DNA of 64,000 nt from Candidatus Magasanikbacteria bacterium GW2011_GWA2_37_8 (GTDB taxonomy: Bacteria; Patescibacteriota; Patescibacteriia; Magasanikbacterales; GWA2-37-8). Below the pieces are notes generated by a model. The model was not told where the DNA came from. It ran no database searches and worked only from the letters and a program-made list of their open reading frames with translations. Positions 1-10,770 of this stretch are shown in pieces. The stretch is from assembly GCA_000992085.1 (NCBI GenBank), contig LBTN01000005.1, positions 4,999 to 68,998 of the forward strand. The letters are read 5' to 3'. Numbering within the stretch: the stretch's first letter is position 1; every line of letters starts with the position of its first letter. Both the position numbers and the translations under genes were made by a program.

Positions 1-1
1 C

Positions 2-439
2 TTTTTTAAATTAGACAGACAAATTACGAAAGATAATTTAAAAAATATAGATGTTATTTTTGTCTTTGGTGGAAATACTTTTGATTATTTAGACAGAATC
101 AAAAAAACTGGCCTTGATAAATTAATAAAAAGTTTTGTAAAAAAAGGTGGGGTTTATTTAGGATTAAGCGCTGGCAGCTATGTTGCAGCCCCAACTATCA
201 AAGCAGCCACATGGAAAAATGTGGATGAAAATTTAATTGAACTGAAAAATCTTAAAGGTTTAAATCTTGTTCCGTTTTTAGTAACAGCACATTTAGACGA
301 CAAATCACTACCAATTGTTAAGGAAGAAGCTAAAAAAACAAAATACAAAATTATATCTTTAACCGACGAACAGGCAGTTTTGGTTAACGGCAAAACCACA
401 AAAATAATTGGCAAAGGTAAAAAGAATATTTTTAACTAA
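2..439 (+). CDS. Peptidase E / S51 family (class I glutamine amidotransferase-like), 5' end outside window
   Basis: Frame open from window start; GGNTFDYL and VYLGLSAGSY nucleophile-elbow motifs. Confidence 0.75.
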   Translation, partial: FFKLDRQITKDNLKNIDVIFVFGGNTFDYLDRIKKTGLDKLIKSFVKKGGVYLGLSAGSYVAAPTIKAATWKNVDENLIELKNLKGLNLVPFLVTAHLDDKSLPIVKEEAKKTKYKIISLTDEQAVLVNGKTTKIIGKGKKNIFN

Positions 440-449
440 CCATTTTCTT

Positions 450-1043
450 ATGTTATTCGGCATCACACTTGTCCATTGGTTAGTTATTGCCAGTGCAATT
501 ATTAGCGTATTCGGTTCAATTGCCTATATCCGCGACACTTTTTTAGGAAAAACCAAACCTAACCGTGTTACTTGGTTTTTGTGGGCGCTTGCCCCACTTA
601 TCGGCACTGGCGCCGCATTATCTGCCCACGCCGACCCTTGGGCGACCACCCGTATTTTCTTGGCTGGATTTCTACCTTTAATAATTTTAATTGTTTCGTT
701 TTTTAATAAAAAAAGTTATTGGAAATTAACCACTTTTGATTTTCTTTGCGGTTTTTGTTCACTACTCGCAATCATAATGTGGGCAATAATCGATTCCCCA
801 CAACTAGCCATACTGCTAGCCGCCATTGGCGACGGCTTTGCCGCCATCCCCACTATCCGCAAAGCTTGGACCAACCCCGAAACCGAAACCGGCCTAACTT
901 TTATCTTCGGTCTTACCGCCACCCTGTTAGTACTTCCCTCTATTACAATATGGAACATCGAAAACTCCGCCTTTCAAATTTATCTCCTCGCTTCTAATAT
1001 AATATTAATTTTCTCAATTTATAGAAAAAGATTAAAAAAATAG
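450..1043 (+). CDS. Multi-pass membrane protein of unknown function
   Basis: About six hydrophobic segments, KTKPNRVTW and PTIRKAW..P..ET motifs; ATG at 450. Confidence 0.7.
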   Translation: MLFGITLVHWLVIASAIISVFGSIAYIRDTFLGKTKPNRVTWFLWALAPLIGTGAALSAHADPWATTRIFLAGFLPLIILIVSFFNKKSYWKLTTFDFLCGFCSLLAIIMWAIIDSPQLAILLAAIGDGFAAIPTIRKAWTNPETETGLTFIFGLTATLLVLPSITIWNIENSAFQIYLLASNIILIFSIYRKRLKK

Positions 1044-1199
1044 CAATGTGCAAAAAATGCACACTACAAATTAAAAACAGTTTACTTTAACCACAAAAAC
1101 AATCCAGTTGTTGCAAAAAATACAACAACTGGAGACAGCTTAATTTAACATTGCACTTTTTAACCAAATACAGTAAAATATCTCCGTAATTAATATATT

Positions 1200-1484
1200 A
1201 TGCTTACTATTGAAGAAGTTAAAAAAATCGCTAAATTGGCTCGAATTGACCTTACGCCCGAAGAAGAAAGCCGCCATGCCGACACTATTTCGGTGGTTTT
1301 AGATTATATGAAAATTTTGGATGAAGTGGATACCACTAACGTAGAGCCAACTGCGCAGGTAACTGGTTTAAGCAATATTGTACGCGAAGATATCACTCAC
1401 GAATGTACAATCAAAAAAGAACTCTTGGCACAAATGCCACAAGTAGACCAAAATGAGCTGGTGGTGCCAGCAGTTTTTGAATAA
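1200..1484 (+). CDS. gatC: Asp/Glu-tRNA amidotransferase subunit C
   Basis: EEVKKIAKLARI, LDEVDTTNVEPT; directly upstream of gatA. Confidence 0.93.
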   Translation: MLTIEEVKKIAKLARIDLTPEEESRHADTISVVLDYMKILDEVDTTNVEPTAQVTGLSNIVREDITHECTIKKELLAQMPQVDQNELVVPAVFE

Positions 1485-1491
1485 TTTTTGT

Positions 1492-2943
1492 ATGAAAGAA
1501 TTAAATACCCTTACAATTAAAACTGCCCGAGCTGGTTTAGATAAAAAAGAATTTACATCGGTCGAACTTACCCAGGCTTGTTTAAACAGAATTAAAGAAC
1601 GCAACCCAGAATTAAATGCCTTTATTACTGTTTGTGAAAAAGAAGCTTTGGAAGAAGCCAGGGCCGCTGATAAAATAATCACCAGTGGAAAAGCGTTGGC
1701 TCTTACTGGTATTCCCTTCGCTGTTAAAGATGCAATTTGTACTGCCGGTGTACGCTCAACTGCTTCAGCCAAAATTTTAGATAACTACACTCCACCCTTT
1801 AACGCCACTGTTATACAAAAAATCCGCGAACAGGGCGGTGTTTTAATTGGTAAAAATAATTGCGACGCTTTTGGCCACGGCGCTAGTAACGAAAATAGTA
1901 TGTATGGTGCTGTTAAAAATCCACACGATCTAACCAAAGTTTCTGGTGGGTCTTCTGGCGGCTCGGCTGTGGCTGTAGCCGACCATATGTGTATTTTTGC
2001 TATTGGCGAAGATACCGGTGGATCGATTCGCCAACCTGCTAGTTTTTGTGGTGTGGTTGGACTACGCCCTTCCTACGGCCGCAACTCTCGGTTTGGCATT
2101 ATGCCAATGGCATCATCGCTCGACACGGTTGGCCCCTTTACAAAAACTGTTGAAGATATGGCGATTGTAATGGATATAATTGCTGGTCAAGATTCGCTCG
2201 ACGCTACCACCGTTCCAGACACTGTTCCAGAATATTCTAAAACTTTAAATAAAAAATCTAAAATTCGCATTGGTATTCCAAAAGAATATTTTGCTTTTGC
2301 CGAATTAAACAAAGAAATTAAAACGGTTATAGAAGAAAAAATTAATTCCTTAAAAAAACAAAGTTACGAAATTGTTGATGTCAGTTTACCTTATACAAAA
2401 TATGCCACCGCTGTTTACTATATCGTTGTTCCAAGCGAAGACAGCTCTAACCTAGCTCGAATGGATGGGATTCGCTACGGCGCACGCAAACAAGAAGGCA
2501 ATTTATTCGAACTTTATGCCAAAACTCGTGATCTTGGTTTTCCTGAAGAAGTAAAGCGTCGTATTTTAATTGGCACCTACGCTTTGTCTGCCGGATATTA
2601 TGATGCGTATTACAAAAAAGCCCAACAAGTCCGTACTTTAATTAAAAATGATTTTGATGAAGTGTTTAAAAAAGTTGATGTTTTAGTTACCCCCACCTCG
2701 CCTTTTACCGCTTTTAATATTGGCGAAAAATCTAATGATCCACTAGCTATGTATTTGGCTGATGTAATGCTTATACCCGCTGCTGTTTCTGGCGTACCCG
2801 CTATTTCTGTACCAGGCGGTAAAGATAAAAATGGATTGCCGATTGGTATCCAAGTTATTGGACCAAGAATGGGAGAAGAACAAGTATTACAAATTGCTAA
2901 ACAAATTGAAGATAGCTTACAAAAGCAAACATTTATTTGCTAA
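1492..2943 (+). CDS. gatA: Amidotransferase subunit A
   Basis: Amidase signature GGSSGGS, DTGGSIRQPA, EVKRRILIGTYALSAGYYDAYY; ATG at 1492. Confidence 0.97.
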   Translation: MKELNTLTIKTARAGLDKKEFTSVELTQACLNRIKERNPELNAFITVCEKEALEEARAADKIITSGKALALTGIPFAVKDAICTAGVRSTASAKILDNYTPPFNATVIQKIREQGGVLIGKNNCDAFGHGASNENSMYGAVKNPHDLTKVSGGSSGGSAVAVADHMCIFAIGEDTGGSIRQPASFCGVVGLRPSYGRNSRFGIMPMASSLDTVGPFTKTVEDMAIVMDIIAGQDSLDATTVPDTVPEYSKTLNKKSKIRIGIPKEYFAFAELNKEIKTVIEEKINSLKKQSYEIVDVSLPYTKYATAVYYIVVPSEDSSNLARMDGIRYGARKQEGNLFELYAKTRDLGFPEEVKRRILIGTYALSAGYYDAYYKKAQQVRTLIKNDFDEVFKKVDVLVTPTSPFTAFNIGEKSNDPLAMYLADVMLIPAAVSGVPAISVPGGKDKNGLPIGIQVIGPRMGEEQVLQIAKQIEDSLQKQTFIC

Positions 2944-2971
2944 TTGCTCCTTGTTCATTGTTAATTTATTT

Positions 2972-4525
2972 ATGCCAAATTTAATTCCCATTATCGGTCT
3001 TGAAATTCATGTTGAGCTTAAAACAAAAAGCAAAATGTTTTGTAGTTGTAAAAATGATCCCGATCATGATGCGCCCAACACCAACATTTGTGAAATTTGC
3101 CTAGCTCACCCCGGAACTTTGCCCGTACCAAACAAAACCGCAATCGAATGGACAGTAAAAATTGCCCAGGCTTTGGGTTGTAAAATTAACACCGAAAGTA
3201 AATTCGACCGTAAACATTATTTTTATCCCGATTTACCAAAAGGTTATCAAATCTCGCAATACGACCAACCCGTTGGCGAACATGGAAAAATAGAATTAGA
3301 CTTTTTACCAGGCAAAAATCATCGCGATAATACCACTATTGGTATTACTAGGGTTCACCTAGAAGAAGATACTGCCAAATTAACTCATGGCACAAAAAAT
3401 GAAACCCTGGTTGATTTTAACCGAGCTGGTGTACCACTAGTTGAAATTGTTTCAGACCCAGATATTGAAAGTGGCACCGAAGCCAAAGCTTACTGCCAAG
3501 AATTACAAGCAATTTTCCGCTCTTTGGGTGTTAGTGATGCGGATATGGAAAAAGGACAAATGCGTTGCGAAGCCAATATTTCTCTTCAAGAAGCTGGACA
3601 ATTTGTAATTGAAGATTGTATAGTAAAACCTGCCAAAAACTACACACTAAATCCAAAAGTAGAGGTAAAAAATATTAATTCTTTTCGGGCTGTAGAAAAA
3701 GCCATTGATTTTGAAATTGCACGCCAAACAAAAATGTTAGAAAATGGCGAAACCTGGATTCAACAAACTCGTGGCTGGGATAACGACAAAAATGAAACTG
3801 TACTACAACGCGAAAAAGAAACTTCGGCCGATTATCGCTACTTCCCCGAACCAGATATTCCACCATTCAACCCAAGCCAAATTGCTGGCGAAATTAATTT
3901 ACCAGAATTGCCAGCTGCCAAACGCAAACGCTTTCACACCGAATATGGTTTTTCGTATGCTGACGCCGGACTTTTAAGTAATGATAAAAATTGGGGTGAT
4001 TTTGCCGAAAGCACCATTAGCGAAATGTATGATTGGTTGCATAATTTACCAGAAACCAAAGCAAACGCCGAAGACACAATTGCTACCCAAAAAACTCAAC
4101 TGGCCAAATTGGCTGGTGGTTGGATTACTTCCAAATTAATGGGCGCAATGAGTGAAAGAAAAATTGATATTAAAATATTAAAAATTAAACCAGAAAATTT
4201 TGCCGAATTAATAGCACTAATTTTTACCAACCGCGTTAATTCTACCAACGCCCAAAAAATATTAATCGAAATGCTTGATTCTGGAGTAGATATGGACCCA
4301 ACCCATATTATGGAAGAAAAAGGCTACGGCCAAATGGCCGATGAAGATGCTTTGGGGAAAATCGTAGACGAAGTAATAAAAAACAACCCAAACCAAGTAA
4401 CCCAATTTAAAGCCGGCAAAGAACCACTACTACAATTTTTAAAAGGCATGGTAATGAAAGCCACCGAAGGCAGCGCCGACCCAGGTGTAGCCGAAAAATT
4501 GTTAAGAGAAAAGTTAAAAAATTAA
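2972..4525 (+). CDS. gatB: Amidotransferase subunit B
   Basis: IGLEIHVEL, FDRKHYFYPDLPKGYQISQ, DYRYFPEPD; ATG at 2972. Confidence 0.97.
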   Translation: MPNLIPIIGLEIHVELKTKSKMFCSCKNDPDHDAPNTNICEICLAHPGTLPVPNKTAIEWTVKIAQALGCKINTESKFDRKHYFYPDLPKGYQISQYDQPVGEHGKIELDFLPGKNHRDNTTIGITRVHLEEDTAKLTHGTKNETLVDFNRAGVPLVEIVSDPDIESGTEAKAYCQELQAIFRSLGVSDADMEKGQMRCEANISLQEAGQFVIEDCIVKPAKNYTLNPKVEVKNINSFRAVEKAIDFEIARQTKMLENGETWIQQTRGWDNDKNETVLQREKETSADYRYFPEPDIPPFNPSQIAGEINLPELPAAKRKRFHTEYGFSYADAGLLSNDKNWGDFAESTISEMYDWLHNLPETKANAEDTIATQKTQLAKLAGGWITSKLMGAMSERKIDIKILKIKPENFAELIALIFTNRVNSTNAQKILIEMLDSGVDMDPTHIMEEKGYGQMADEDALGKIVDEVIKNNPNQVTQFKAGKEPLLQFLKGMVMKATEGSADPGVAEKLLREKLKN

Positions 4526-4696
4526 AACATAAAAAAATTCCCTGAAATAAAGGGAATTTTTTATAAACAAAAATCCATCGCTTCCCCACCTAGTGCTTCC
4601 TTTAAAGAAAACACCGGGTGATGTGCGATGGACTCTTGTCCTTTCCACTCACCACCCCCAGAAGCCGATCAAACGACCACTGAGTGAACGTGCGCA

Positions 4697-5134
4697 TCAG
4701 GTAACGGACTCGAGGTAGAAGAAGATACCTTCATCGTACCTCGCCCGGATCATGGTTGGGCCCCCGATGTCGATGTTTTCGATCGCCTTCTCGAAGGTAC
4801 ATCCCCCACACTTGACAACAGCCTCGAACGGGTAGAGGTTGCAGACTACGAGATCAACCGGCTTGATGCCGAGGTTCAGGATCTGGCCCTGCTGGTCGGC
4901 GTTGGGCAGTGCCAGAATTCCACCGAGCACGCCCGGATGCAGCGTCTTCAGACGCCCGTCCAAGCACTCGGGGAACTGCGTGACTTCGGCCACGTCGATT
5001 ACGGTCAATCCGGCGTCACGCAACGCCTTGGCCGTGCCACCCGTGGACACCAACTCGAAGCCGAGCTTCACGAGGCCCTCTGCGAATTCGACCAATCCGG
5101 TCTTGTCCGAGACACTCAATACCGCACGTTTCAT
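4697..5134 (-). CDS. purH: Stand-alone PurH-type IMP cyclohydrolase domain, apparently with an internal deletion
   Basis: [38 protein letters not shown]; no AICAR transformylase domain; GC-rich with GGAGG SD. Confidence 0.8.
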   Translation of the reverse strand: MKRAVLSVSDKTGLVEFAEGLVKLGFELVSTGGTAKALRDAGLTVIDVAEVTQFPECLDGRLKTLHPGVLGGILALPNADQQGQILNLGIKPVDLVVCNLYPFEAVVKCGGCTFEKAIENIDIGGPTMIRARYDEGIFFYLESVT

Positions 5135-5252
5135 GAGCACCCTCCTCCGGCTCTGCCGGTGTAAAAATGGAACAGTCATATAAACATAACACAAACGCTA
5201 TTTTTTTTCAATACTATTGCCTAAAAAAACAATGGTGATATAATACCCCAGT

Positions 5253-5309
5253 ATGAAATATATTCACCAAAAATATAGATAAAAAACCACCTAAATCCGG
5301 GTGGTTTTG
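5253..5309 (+). promoter_or_regulatory. uORF (MKYIHQKYR) plus terminator-like hairpin in guaB leader
   Basis: TTGCCT..TGATATAAT promoter, ATG 5253-TAA 5282, then AAAACCACC-loop-GGTGGTTTT. Confidence 0.4.
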
Positions 5310-5360
5310 TACGTAACCCAAACACTTACTCCTTATTCCTTACTCTTTATTCCTTAACTT

Positions 5361-6794
5361 ATGCTTTCCATCCCTCTAGCCCTTACCTACGACGATGTTC
5401 TAATCGTACCAAAACGTTCTTCTCTCACTTCACGAAGCGAAGCTAATACAACCACTCGCTTAACCAAAAAACTCAACCTCAACATTCCTATTGTTACTTC
5501 CAACATGGACACAGTTACCGAAAGTGATATGGCGATTGCTTTGGCTCGACTGGGTGGTATTGGAATTTTGCATCGTTTTATGACAATCGAAGAAAATGCC
5601 GAAGAAGTAAAACGTGTAAAACGCGCTCAAAATTTTATTGTAAACGATCCCTATACGATTGACCCCGAAAAATCTGTAGCCGAAGCCAAAGCCTACGCTG
5701 CTTCAATTGGCATTACCGGCCTAATGGTTTCGAATGGCGATCGCAAACTTCGTGGCATTCTTTCGCGTCGTGATTTTCTTTTCTCAAATGGAGATAACAA
5801 AAAAGTTTCCGAAATCATGACACCTCGCGAAAAATTAATTGTTGGCCACGCTCATACTACTTTTAACGAAGCCAAACAAATTTTCTCCGAACATAAAATC
5901 GAAAAACTGCCATTGGTTGATTCCGAAGATAGAATTGTGGGAATTATTACAAGCGATGATATTAAACATATTATTGATTATCCACTATCTAATTGCGATG
6001 ATGACGGCCAATTAATAGTGGGCGCTTCGGTTGGTGTACAAGGTGATTTTGTAGAACGAGCCGAAGAATTGGTAAAAGCTGGTGTTGATGTAATTGTAAT
6101 TGATATTGCCCACGGCCATTCTGATGCGATGTTTAAAGCCATTGCCAAATTACGCGAAGCTATTGGCGACACACAATTAATTGCAGGTAATATTGCCACT
6201 GCCTCGGCTGCTTTAGAATTATGTGAAGCCGGAGTAGATGGATTAAAAGTTGGTGTTGGCCCTGGTACAATTTGTATCACTCGTCTAGTGACTGGTTGTG
6301 GCATGCCCCAATTAACCGCTGTAATGGAAACTTCTCGAATTGCCAAACGTTATGGTGTACCCATTATTGCTGATGGCGGTATTCAAAGATCTGGAGACAT
6401 TGTAAAAGCTATCGGTGCTGGCGCTGATACAGTAATGATGGGTGGTATGTTTGCTGGCACAGAAGAAAGCCCTGGGGTGGTTATGACCAAAGGTGATAGA
6501 AAATTTAAAATTTGTCGAGGCAGTGCCAGTTTTACCGTAGCCAATCAAAGAAGATTAATTAAACAAAGCGCTAAAGAGGTAAAAGAAATAATACCAGAAG
6601 GGGTAGAATCAATCGTGCCGTTTAAAGGGCCAGTAACCGATATTGTAAACCAACTAATTGGCGGCCTAAAATCTGGCATGAGTTACACTAATTCCCACAC
6701 CATTGCCGAACTACAAAAAAACGTCGAATTTGTTCGCATGACCAACGCCGGCTTAAAAGAAAGCGGTTCCCATGATGTTCAAGCAATTACCTAA
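5361..6794 (+). CDS. guaB: IMP dehydrogenase (GuaB/GuaC family) with CBS pair
   Basis: LTYDDVL, GVGPGTICITR catalytic Cys loop, IIADGG. Confidence 0.9.
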   Translation: MLSIPLALTYDDVLIVPKRSSLTSRSEANTTTRLTKKLNLNIPIVTSNMDTVTESDMAIALARLGGIGILHRFMTIEENAEEVKRVKRAQNFIVNDPYTIDPEKSVAEAKAYAASIGITGLMVSNGDRKLRGILSRRDFLFSNGDNKKVSEIMTPREKLIVGHAHTTFNEAKQIFSEHKIEKLPLVDSEDRIVGIITSDDIKHIIDYPLSNCDDDGQLIVGASVGVQGDFVERAEELVKAGVDVIVIDIAHGHSDAMFKAIAKLREAIGDTQLIAGNIATASAALELCEAGVDGLKVGVGPGTICITRLVTGCGMPQLTAVMETSRIAKRYGVPIIADGGIQRSGDIVKAIGAGADTVMMGGMFAGTEESPGVVMTKGDRKFKICRGSASFTVANQRRLIKQSAKEVKEIIPEGVESIVPFKGPVTDIVNQLIGGLKSGMSYTNSHTIAELQKNVEFVRMTNAGLKESGSHDVQAIT

Positions 6795-6852
6795 ATGTGT
6801 GGATAAATATTTTTGACCATATTCTTCTATTCTGCTATACTGCTTTTAGCTT

Positions 6853-6953
6853 ATGAAACACAAATATCCTCTTCAAAACTACAAAAAAATTAAAAAAGAC
6901 ACATTTGTCCTCAATTTATTAATTTCCATACTACCATAAGGTAGTATTTTTTT
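6853..6953 (+). promoter_or_regulatory. PyrL-like leader ORF (28 aa) and attenuator terminator upstream of pyrB
   Basis: TTGACC-17-TATACT promoter; ATG 6853-TAA 6939; ATACTACC-ATAA-GGTAGTAT-T6 hairpin with the stop in its loop. Confidence 0.55.
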
Positions 6954-6961
6954 AATTATTT

Positions 6962-7876
6962 ATGAATTTTACCAATCGCGACATCATCGGAATATCAGAA
7001 TTAACAAAAACCGAAATTCTACATATTTTAAAAATAGCCAAAAGTCTAAAACAAAAACCACAACCAAAAATTTTAGAACACAAAGTAATGGGAAGTTGTT
7101 TTTTTGAACCTTCTACTCGTACCAGACTTTCTTTTGAAACTGCCATGGAGCGATTAGGAGGTAAGGTAGTGGGGTTTGCTGATCCAGGGGTAACATCGGC
7201 CAAAAAAGGCGAATCATTATTTGACGCTATAAAAATTATTGGTCAATATGTTGATGTAATCGCCATGCGCCACCCCATCGAAGGCGCAGCCAGGCGTGCG
7301 GCCGAAGCCACCGATAAACCAATCTTAAATGGCGGTGATGGTGCCAATCAACACCCTACTCAAACATTACTAGACTTATTTACCATCCAAGAATGTCAGA
7401 AAAAACTAGAGGGTTTAAGTATTGCTTTGGTAGGTGATTTAAAATATGGCCGTACCACTCATTCTCTAGCCCAAGCATTGGCGCACTTTAACGCCAAACT
7501 ATATTTTGTTGCCCCAGACAGTTTGCAGATGCCTGGATATATTTGCGATGAATTAAAAAACAATAATATCAAATTTTCCATACATCAAAAAATCGAAGAA
7601 GTGATAAATAAAGTAGACATCTTTTATATGACTCGCATCCAAGGCGAACGTTTTGCTGATCCAATGGAATACGAACGTGTAAAAAATGTTTTTGTACTTA
7701 ATGCTAAAATGCTAGAAAAAGCCAAACCAAATTTAAAAGTAATGCATCCCCTGCCTCGAGTTAACGAAATCACAACCAGTGTTGATAAAACCCCCCACGC
7801 CTACTATTTTGAACAAGCCGAAAATGGATTGTACGTACGAGAAGCACTGCTTGGATTAGTTTTAGGTAAACTTTAA
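6962..7876 (+). CDS. pyrB: Aspartate carbamoyltransferase catalytic subunit
   Basis: [26 protein letters not shown]. Confidence 0.97.
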   Translation: MNFTNRDIIGISELTKTEILHILKIAKSLKQKPQPKILEHKVMGSCFFEPSTRTRLSFETAMERLGGKVVGFADPGVTSAKKGESLFDAIKIIGQYVDVIAMRHPIEGAARRAAEATDKPILNGGDGANQHPTQTLLDLFTIQECQKKLEGLSIALVGDLKYGRTTHSLAQALAHFNAKLYFVAPDSLQMPGYICDELKNNNIKFSIHQKIEEVINKVDIFYMTRIQGERFADPMEYERVKNVFVLNAKMLEKAKPNLKVMHPLPRVNEITTSVDKTPHAYYFEQAENGLYVREALLGLVLGKL

Positions 7877-7899
7877 TTTTTTACTAAACATTAAAAAAT

Positions 7900-8379
7900 A
7901 TGTCTGAATCATTACAAAAAAACAAACTCCTTGTAACCGCTATCAAAGATGGTACAGTAATTGATCATATTACTGCGGCTCATGCTCTAAAAATTATTCG
8001 CTTGCTCAATCTAGCCGATCATAACAAACGCGTTACCGTCGGGTTAAACTTGCCTAGTAAAACTATGGGGCTAAAAGATTTAATCAAAGTAGAAGGCCGC
8101 GAATTAACCGAGGAAGAAATAAAACGCGTGGCGATATTGGCACCAGAGGCAACTATTAATATTATTAAAAACTATCAAATCGCTAAAAAATTTCATGCCG
8201 AAATTCCCGATGTAATCGAATATGTAGTGGTATGCCCTAATCCAATATGTATCACCAACAACGAAAACATGGATAGTAAATTTATTGTAAAAAAAGAAAA
8301 AAATAATATCAAATTAAAATGCTGGTATTGCGAAAAAACTTTTCCCCAAGAAGAAATCAGAGACTACAAAAATAATTAA
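7900..8379 (+). CDS. pyrI: ATCase regulatory subunit
   Basis: AIKDGTVIDHI, CPNPIC and CWYC zinc ligands. Confidence 0.96.
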   Translation: MSESLQKNKLLVTAIKDGTVIDHITAAHALKIIRLLNLADHNKRVTVGLNLPSKTMGLKDLIKVEGRELTEEEIKRVAILAPEATINIIKNYQIAKKFHAEIPDVIEYVVVCPNPICITNNENMDSKFIVKKEKNNIKLKCWYCEKTFPQEEIRDYKNN

Positions 8380-8380
8380 T

Positions 8381-9547
8381 ATGCTGATTAAAACTTGGAA
8401 CAACCAAGAAATTGATCTGCCAATAGAGATCGCAAATACAGGTGATCCGGTGGCTTTACCAGCTCTAATCGACCCCCATGTCCATTTTCGCACTCCGGGT
8501 GCCGAACAAAAAGAAAATTGGATTACCGGTACAGAAGCAGCTTTGGCTGGTGGTGTAACCACTGTGTTTGATATGCCAAATAATAATCCGGCCGTTATAG
8601 ACTATCAGTCAATCATAAATAAAAAACAAATTATTAATGAACAAATTAAATTAACTGGCAAACAATTAAATTATTATCTTTATTTAGGCGCTACTCCAAA
8701 TAATTATACCGAATTTGCCAAATGCAAAAACGAAATAATTGGTGTAAAACTTTTTATGGGCGCTAGCACTGGTGATTTACTAGTAGAAAAACTAGAAGAT
8801 CAGGAAAATATTTTTAAAACCTGTGCCGAATTAGATCTAGTTTTGGCAGTTCACGCCGAAAGCGAAGAAATTATTAAAGCCAACAGTTCACAGTTCACAG
8901 CCAATAGTTTAAAAACAAGTGGCCATTCAAAAATTCGTTCTCGCGAAGCAGCTGTAAAAGCAGTTACACAAGCCTTATCTTTGGCTAAAAAATATAACAC
9001 CAAATTATACATCTGCCATGTTAGTACCAAAGAAGAAATTGAATTAATTACACAAGCAAAATCAGAAGGCGTAACAGTATATGCCGAAGTTGCCCCCCAC
9101 CACCTATTTTTAACCGAAAACGACTACGAACGCCTAGGAACGCTGGGACAAATGAATCCGCCTCTTCGTACCATTTCCGATCAAATTGCCCTCTGGCAGG
9201 CCATTACGAATGGTATAATTGATACTATAGGTACCGACCACGCCCCCCATACTTTAGAAGAAAAATCTAAAACATACCCCAATTCCCCATCTGGTGTACC
9301 TGGCATCGAAACTCTTTTGCCCCTACTATTAAACGCATACCACGAAGGTAAAATTTCTCTACAAAAAATTGTTGAACTAACTAAATTTAATATTGAAAAA
9401 ATATTTAATCTACCACCAAATAATGATTGGGTAATAGCAGATTTAAATTTAGAAAAAAAAGTAGAAAACAAAAACCTAAAAACCAAATGCGGCTGGAGCC
9501 CATACTCTGAAACAAAATTAAAAGGCTGGCCAATAATGACGGTATAG
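8381..9547 (+). CDS. pyrC: Dihydroorotase
   Basis: IDPHVHFRTPG, DMPNN, MNPPLR, GTDHAPH. Confidence 0.92.
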   Translation: MLIKTWNNQEIDLPIEIANTGDPVALPALIDPHVHFRTPGAEQKENWITGTEAALAGGVTTVFDMPNNNPAVIDYQSIINKKQIINEQIKLTGKQLNYYLYLGATPNNYTEFAKCKNEIIGVKLFMGASTGDLLVEKLEDQENIFKTCAELDLVLAVHAESEEIIKANSSQFTANSLKTSGHSKIRSREAAVKAVTQALSLAKKYNTKLYICHVSTKEEIELITQAKSEGVTVYAEVAPHHLFLTENDYERLGTLGQMNPPLRTISDQIALWQAITNGIIDTIGTDHAPHTLEEKSKTYPNSPSGVPGIETLLPLLLNAYHEGKISLQKIVELTKFNIEKIFNLPPNNDWVIADLNLEKKVENKNLKTKCGWSPYSETKLKGWPIMTV

Positions 9548-9719
9548 TTCACAGCCAATAGCCAATAGTTCGTAGTTACAGGCCTATTGGCTGTGAACTA
9601 TTGGCTATGAACTATCAACAAGCTGTTGGCTATGAACTAAATAATTAATTAATACGCCAAAAAAACAGTCACCTAAATTAACTATTGGCTGTGAACTATT
9701 GGCTAAGAACTATACACAT

Positions 9720-10673
9720 ATGCGTCATCTCATTTCACTTAAAGAACAAACAAAAGAAGATTTACTAAATATTTTAAATATCGCCCAAAAATTAAAAGCC
9801 AAAAGAAAAGCCGGCGAAAGTGTAGATATATTACACAACCAGACTTTAATCATGCTTTTTCAAAAAACTTCTACTCGCACTCGCCTTTCATTCGAAGCTG
9901 GTATGACCGAACTTGGTGGACATGCAATTTATTTAGACGCCCGAAATACCCAATTTGCTTTAACTGATTTTAAAGATGAAATCCAAGCTGTAATGCGGTA
10001 CGGATCGGTGTTAATGTTTCGCGCCTTAAAAGCAGCCGATGTTACCACTGCGGCTTTATTAAATAAAATTCCAGTAATCGACGCTTGTAGCGAAAAATAT
10101 CACCCTTGCCAAGCACTAGGCGATATTCTTACCATGATCGAACATTCTAATGGTTTGACTAATATTAAAAAAGTTACTTGGCTTGGCATTGAAAATAATG
10201 TTTCCAATACTTTACAATTAGCTTGTGCTAAATTGGGTATCGAAGTGGCTATTGCCGCGCCAGAAGCCAACCCACCAAGTGTTGACCCAGAATTAAATAA
10301 TTTGGCAAATAGCACTGGCTTAATTAAACGTACCACCAACTTGGCCGAAGCCATGGCCAACACCGATTATGTTCACACCGATACTTGGATTGATATGGAA
10401 TTTTTTAAAGATGGCAAAGTAATACCCGAATATCAAGCCGAATACGATCGACGTTTAAATACTTTTAAACCCTTTCAATTAAACGCTAATTTAGTAGATA
10501 CCTATTCACCCAAAGCCGGCATTATGCATTGTATGCCTTGCCACATTGGTTACGAAATTTCTCGCGATGCAATTGATCACAAAAATTCTGTTATATTTGA
10601 TCAAGCCGAAAATCGAATGCACATCCAAAAAGCAATTATATTATGGCTTTTGGAAAAAGAAAACTTAATTTAG
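9720..10673 (+). CDS. argF: Ornithine carbamoyltransferase family protein
   Basis: [24 protein letters not shown]; variant DTWIDM in place of DxWxSMG. Confidence 0.82.
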   Translation: MRHLISLKEQTKEDLLNILNIAQKLKAKRKAGESVDILHNQTLIMLFQKTSTRTRLSFEAGMTELGGHAIYLDARNTQFALTDFKDEIQAVMRYGSVLMFRALKAADVTTAALLNKIPVIDACSEKYHPCQALGDILTMIEHSNGLTNIKKVTWLGIENNVSNTLQLACAKLGIEVAIAAPEANPPSVDPELNNLANSTGLIKRTTNLAEAMANTDYVHTDTWIDMEFFKDGKVIPEYQAEYDRRLNTFKPFQLNANLVDTYSPKAGIMHCMPCHIGYEISRDAIDHKNSVIFDQAENRMHIQKAIILWLLEKENLI

Positions 10674-10770
10674 TTCATAGCCAACATTAATAGTTCATAG
10701 CCAATAGTTCACAGCCAATAGGCCTGTAACTACGAACTATTGGCTATTGGCTGTGAACTCTAAATATCTT

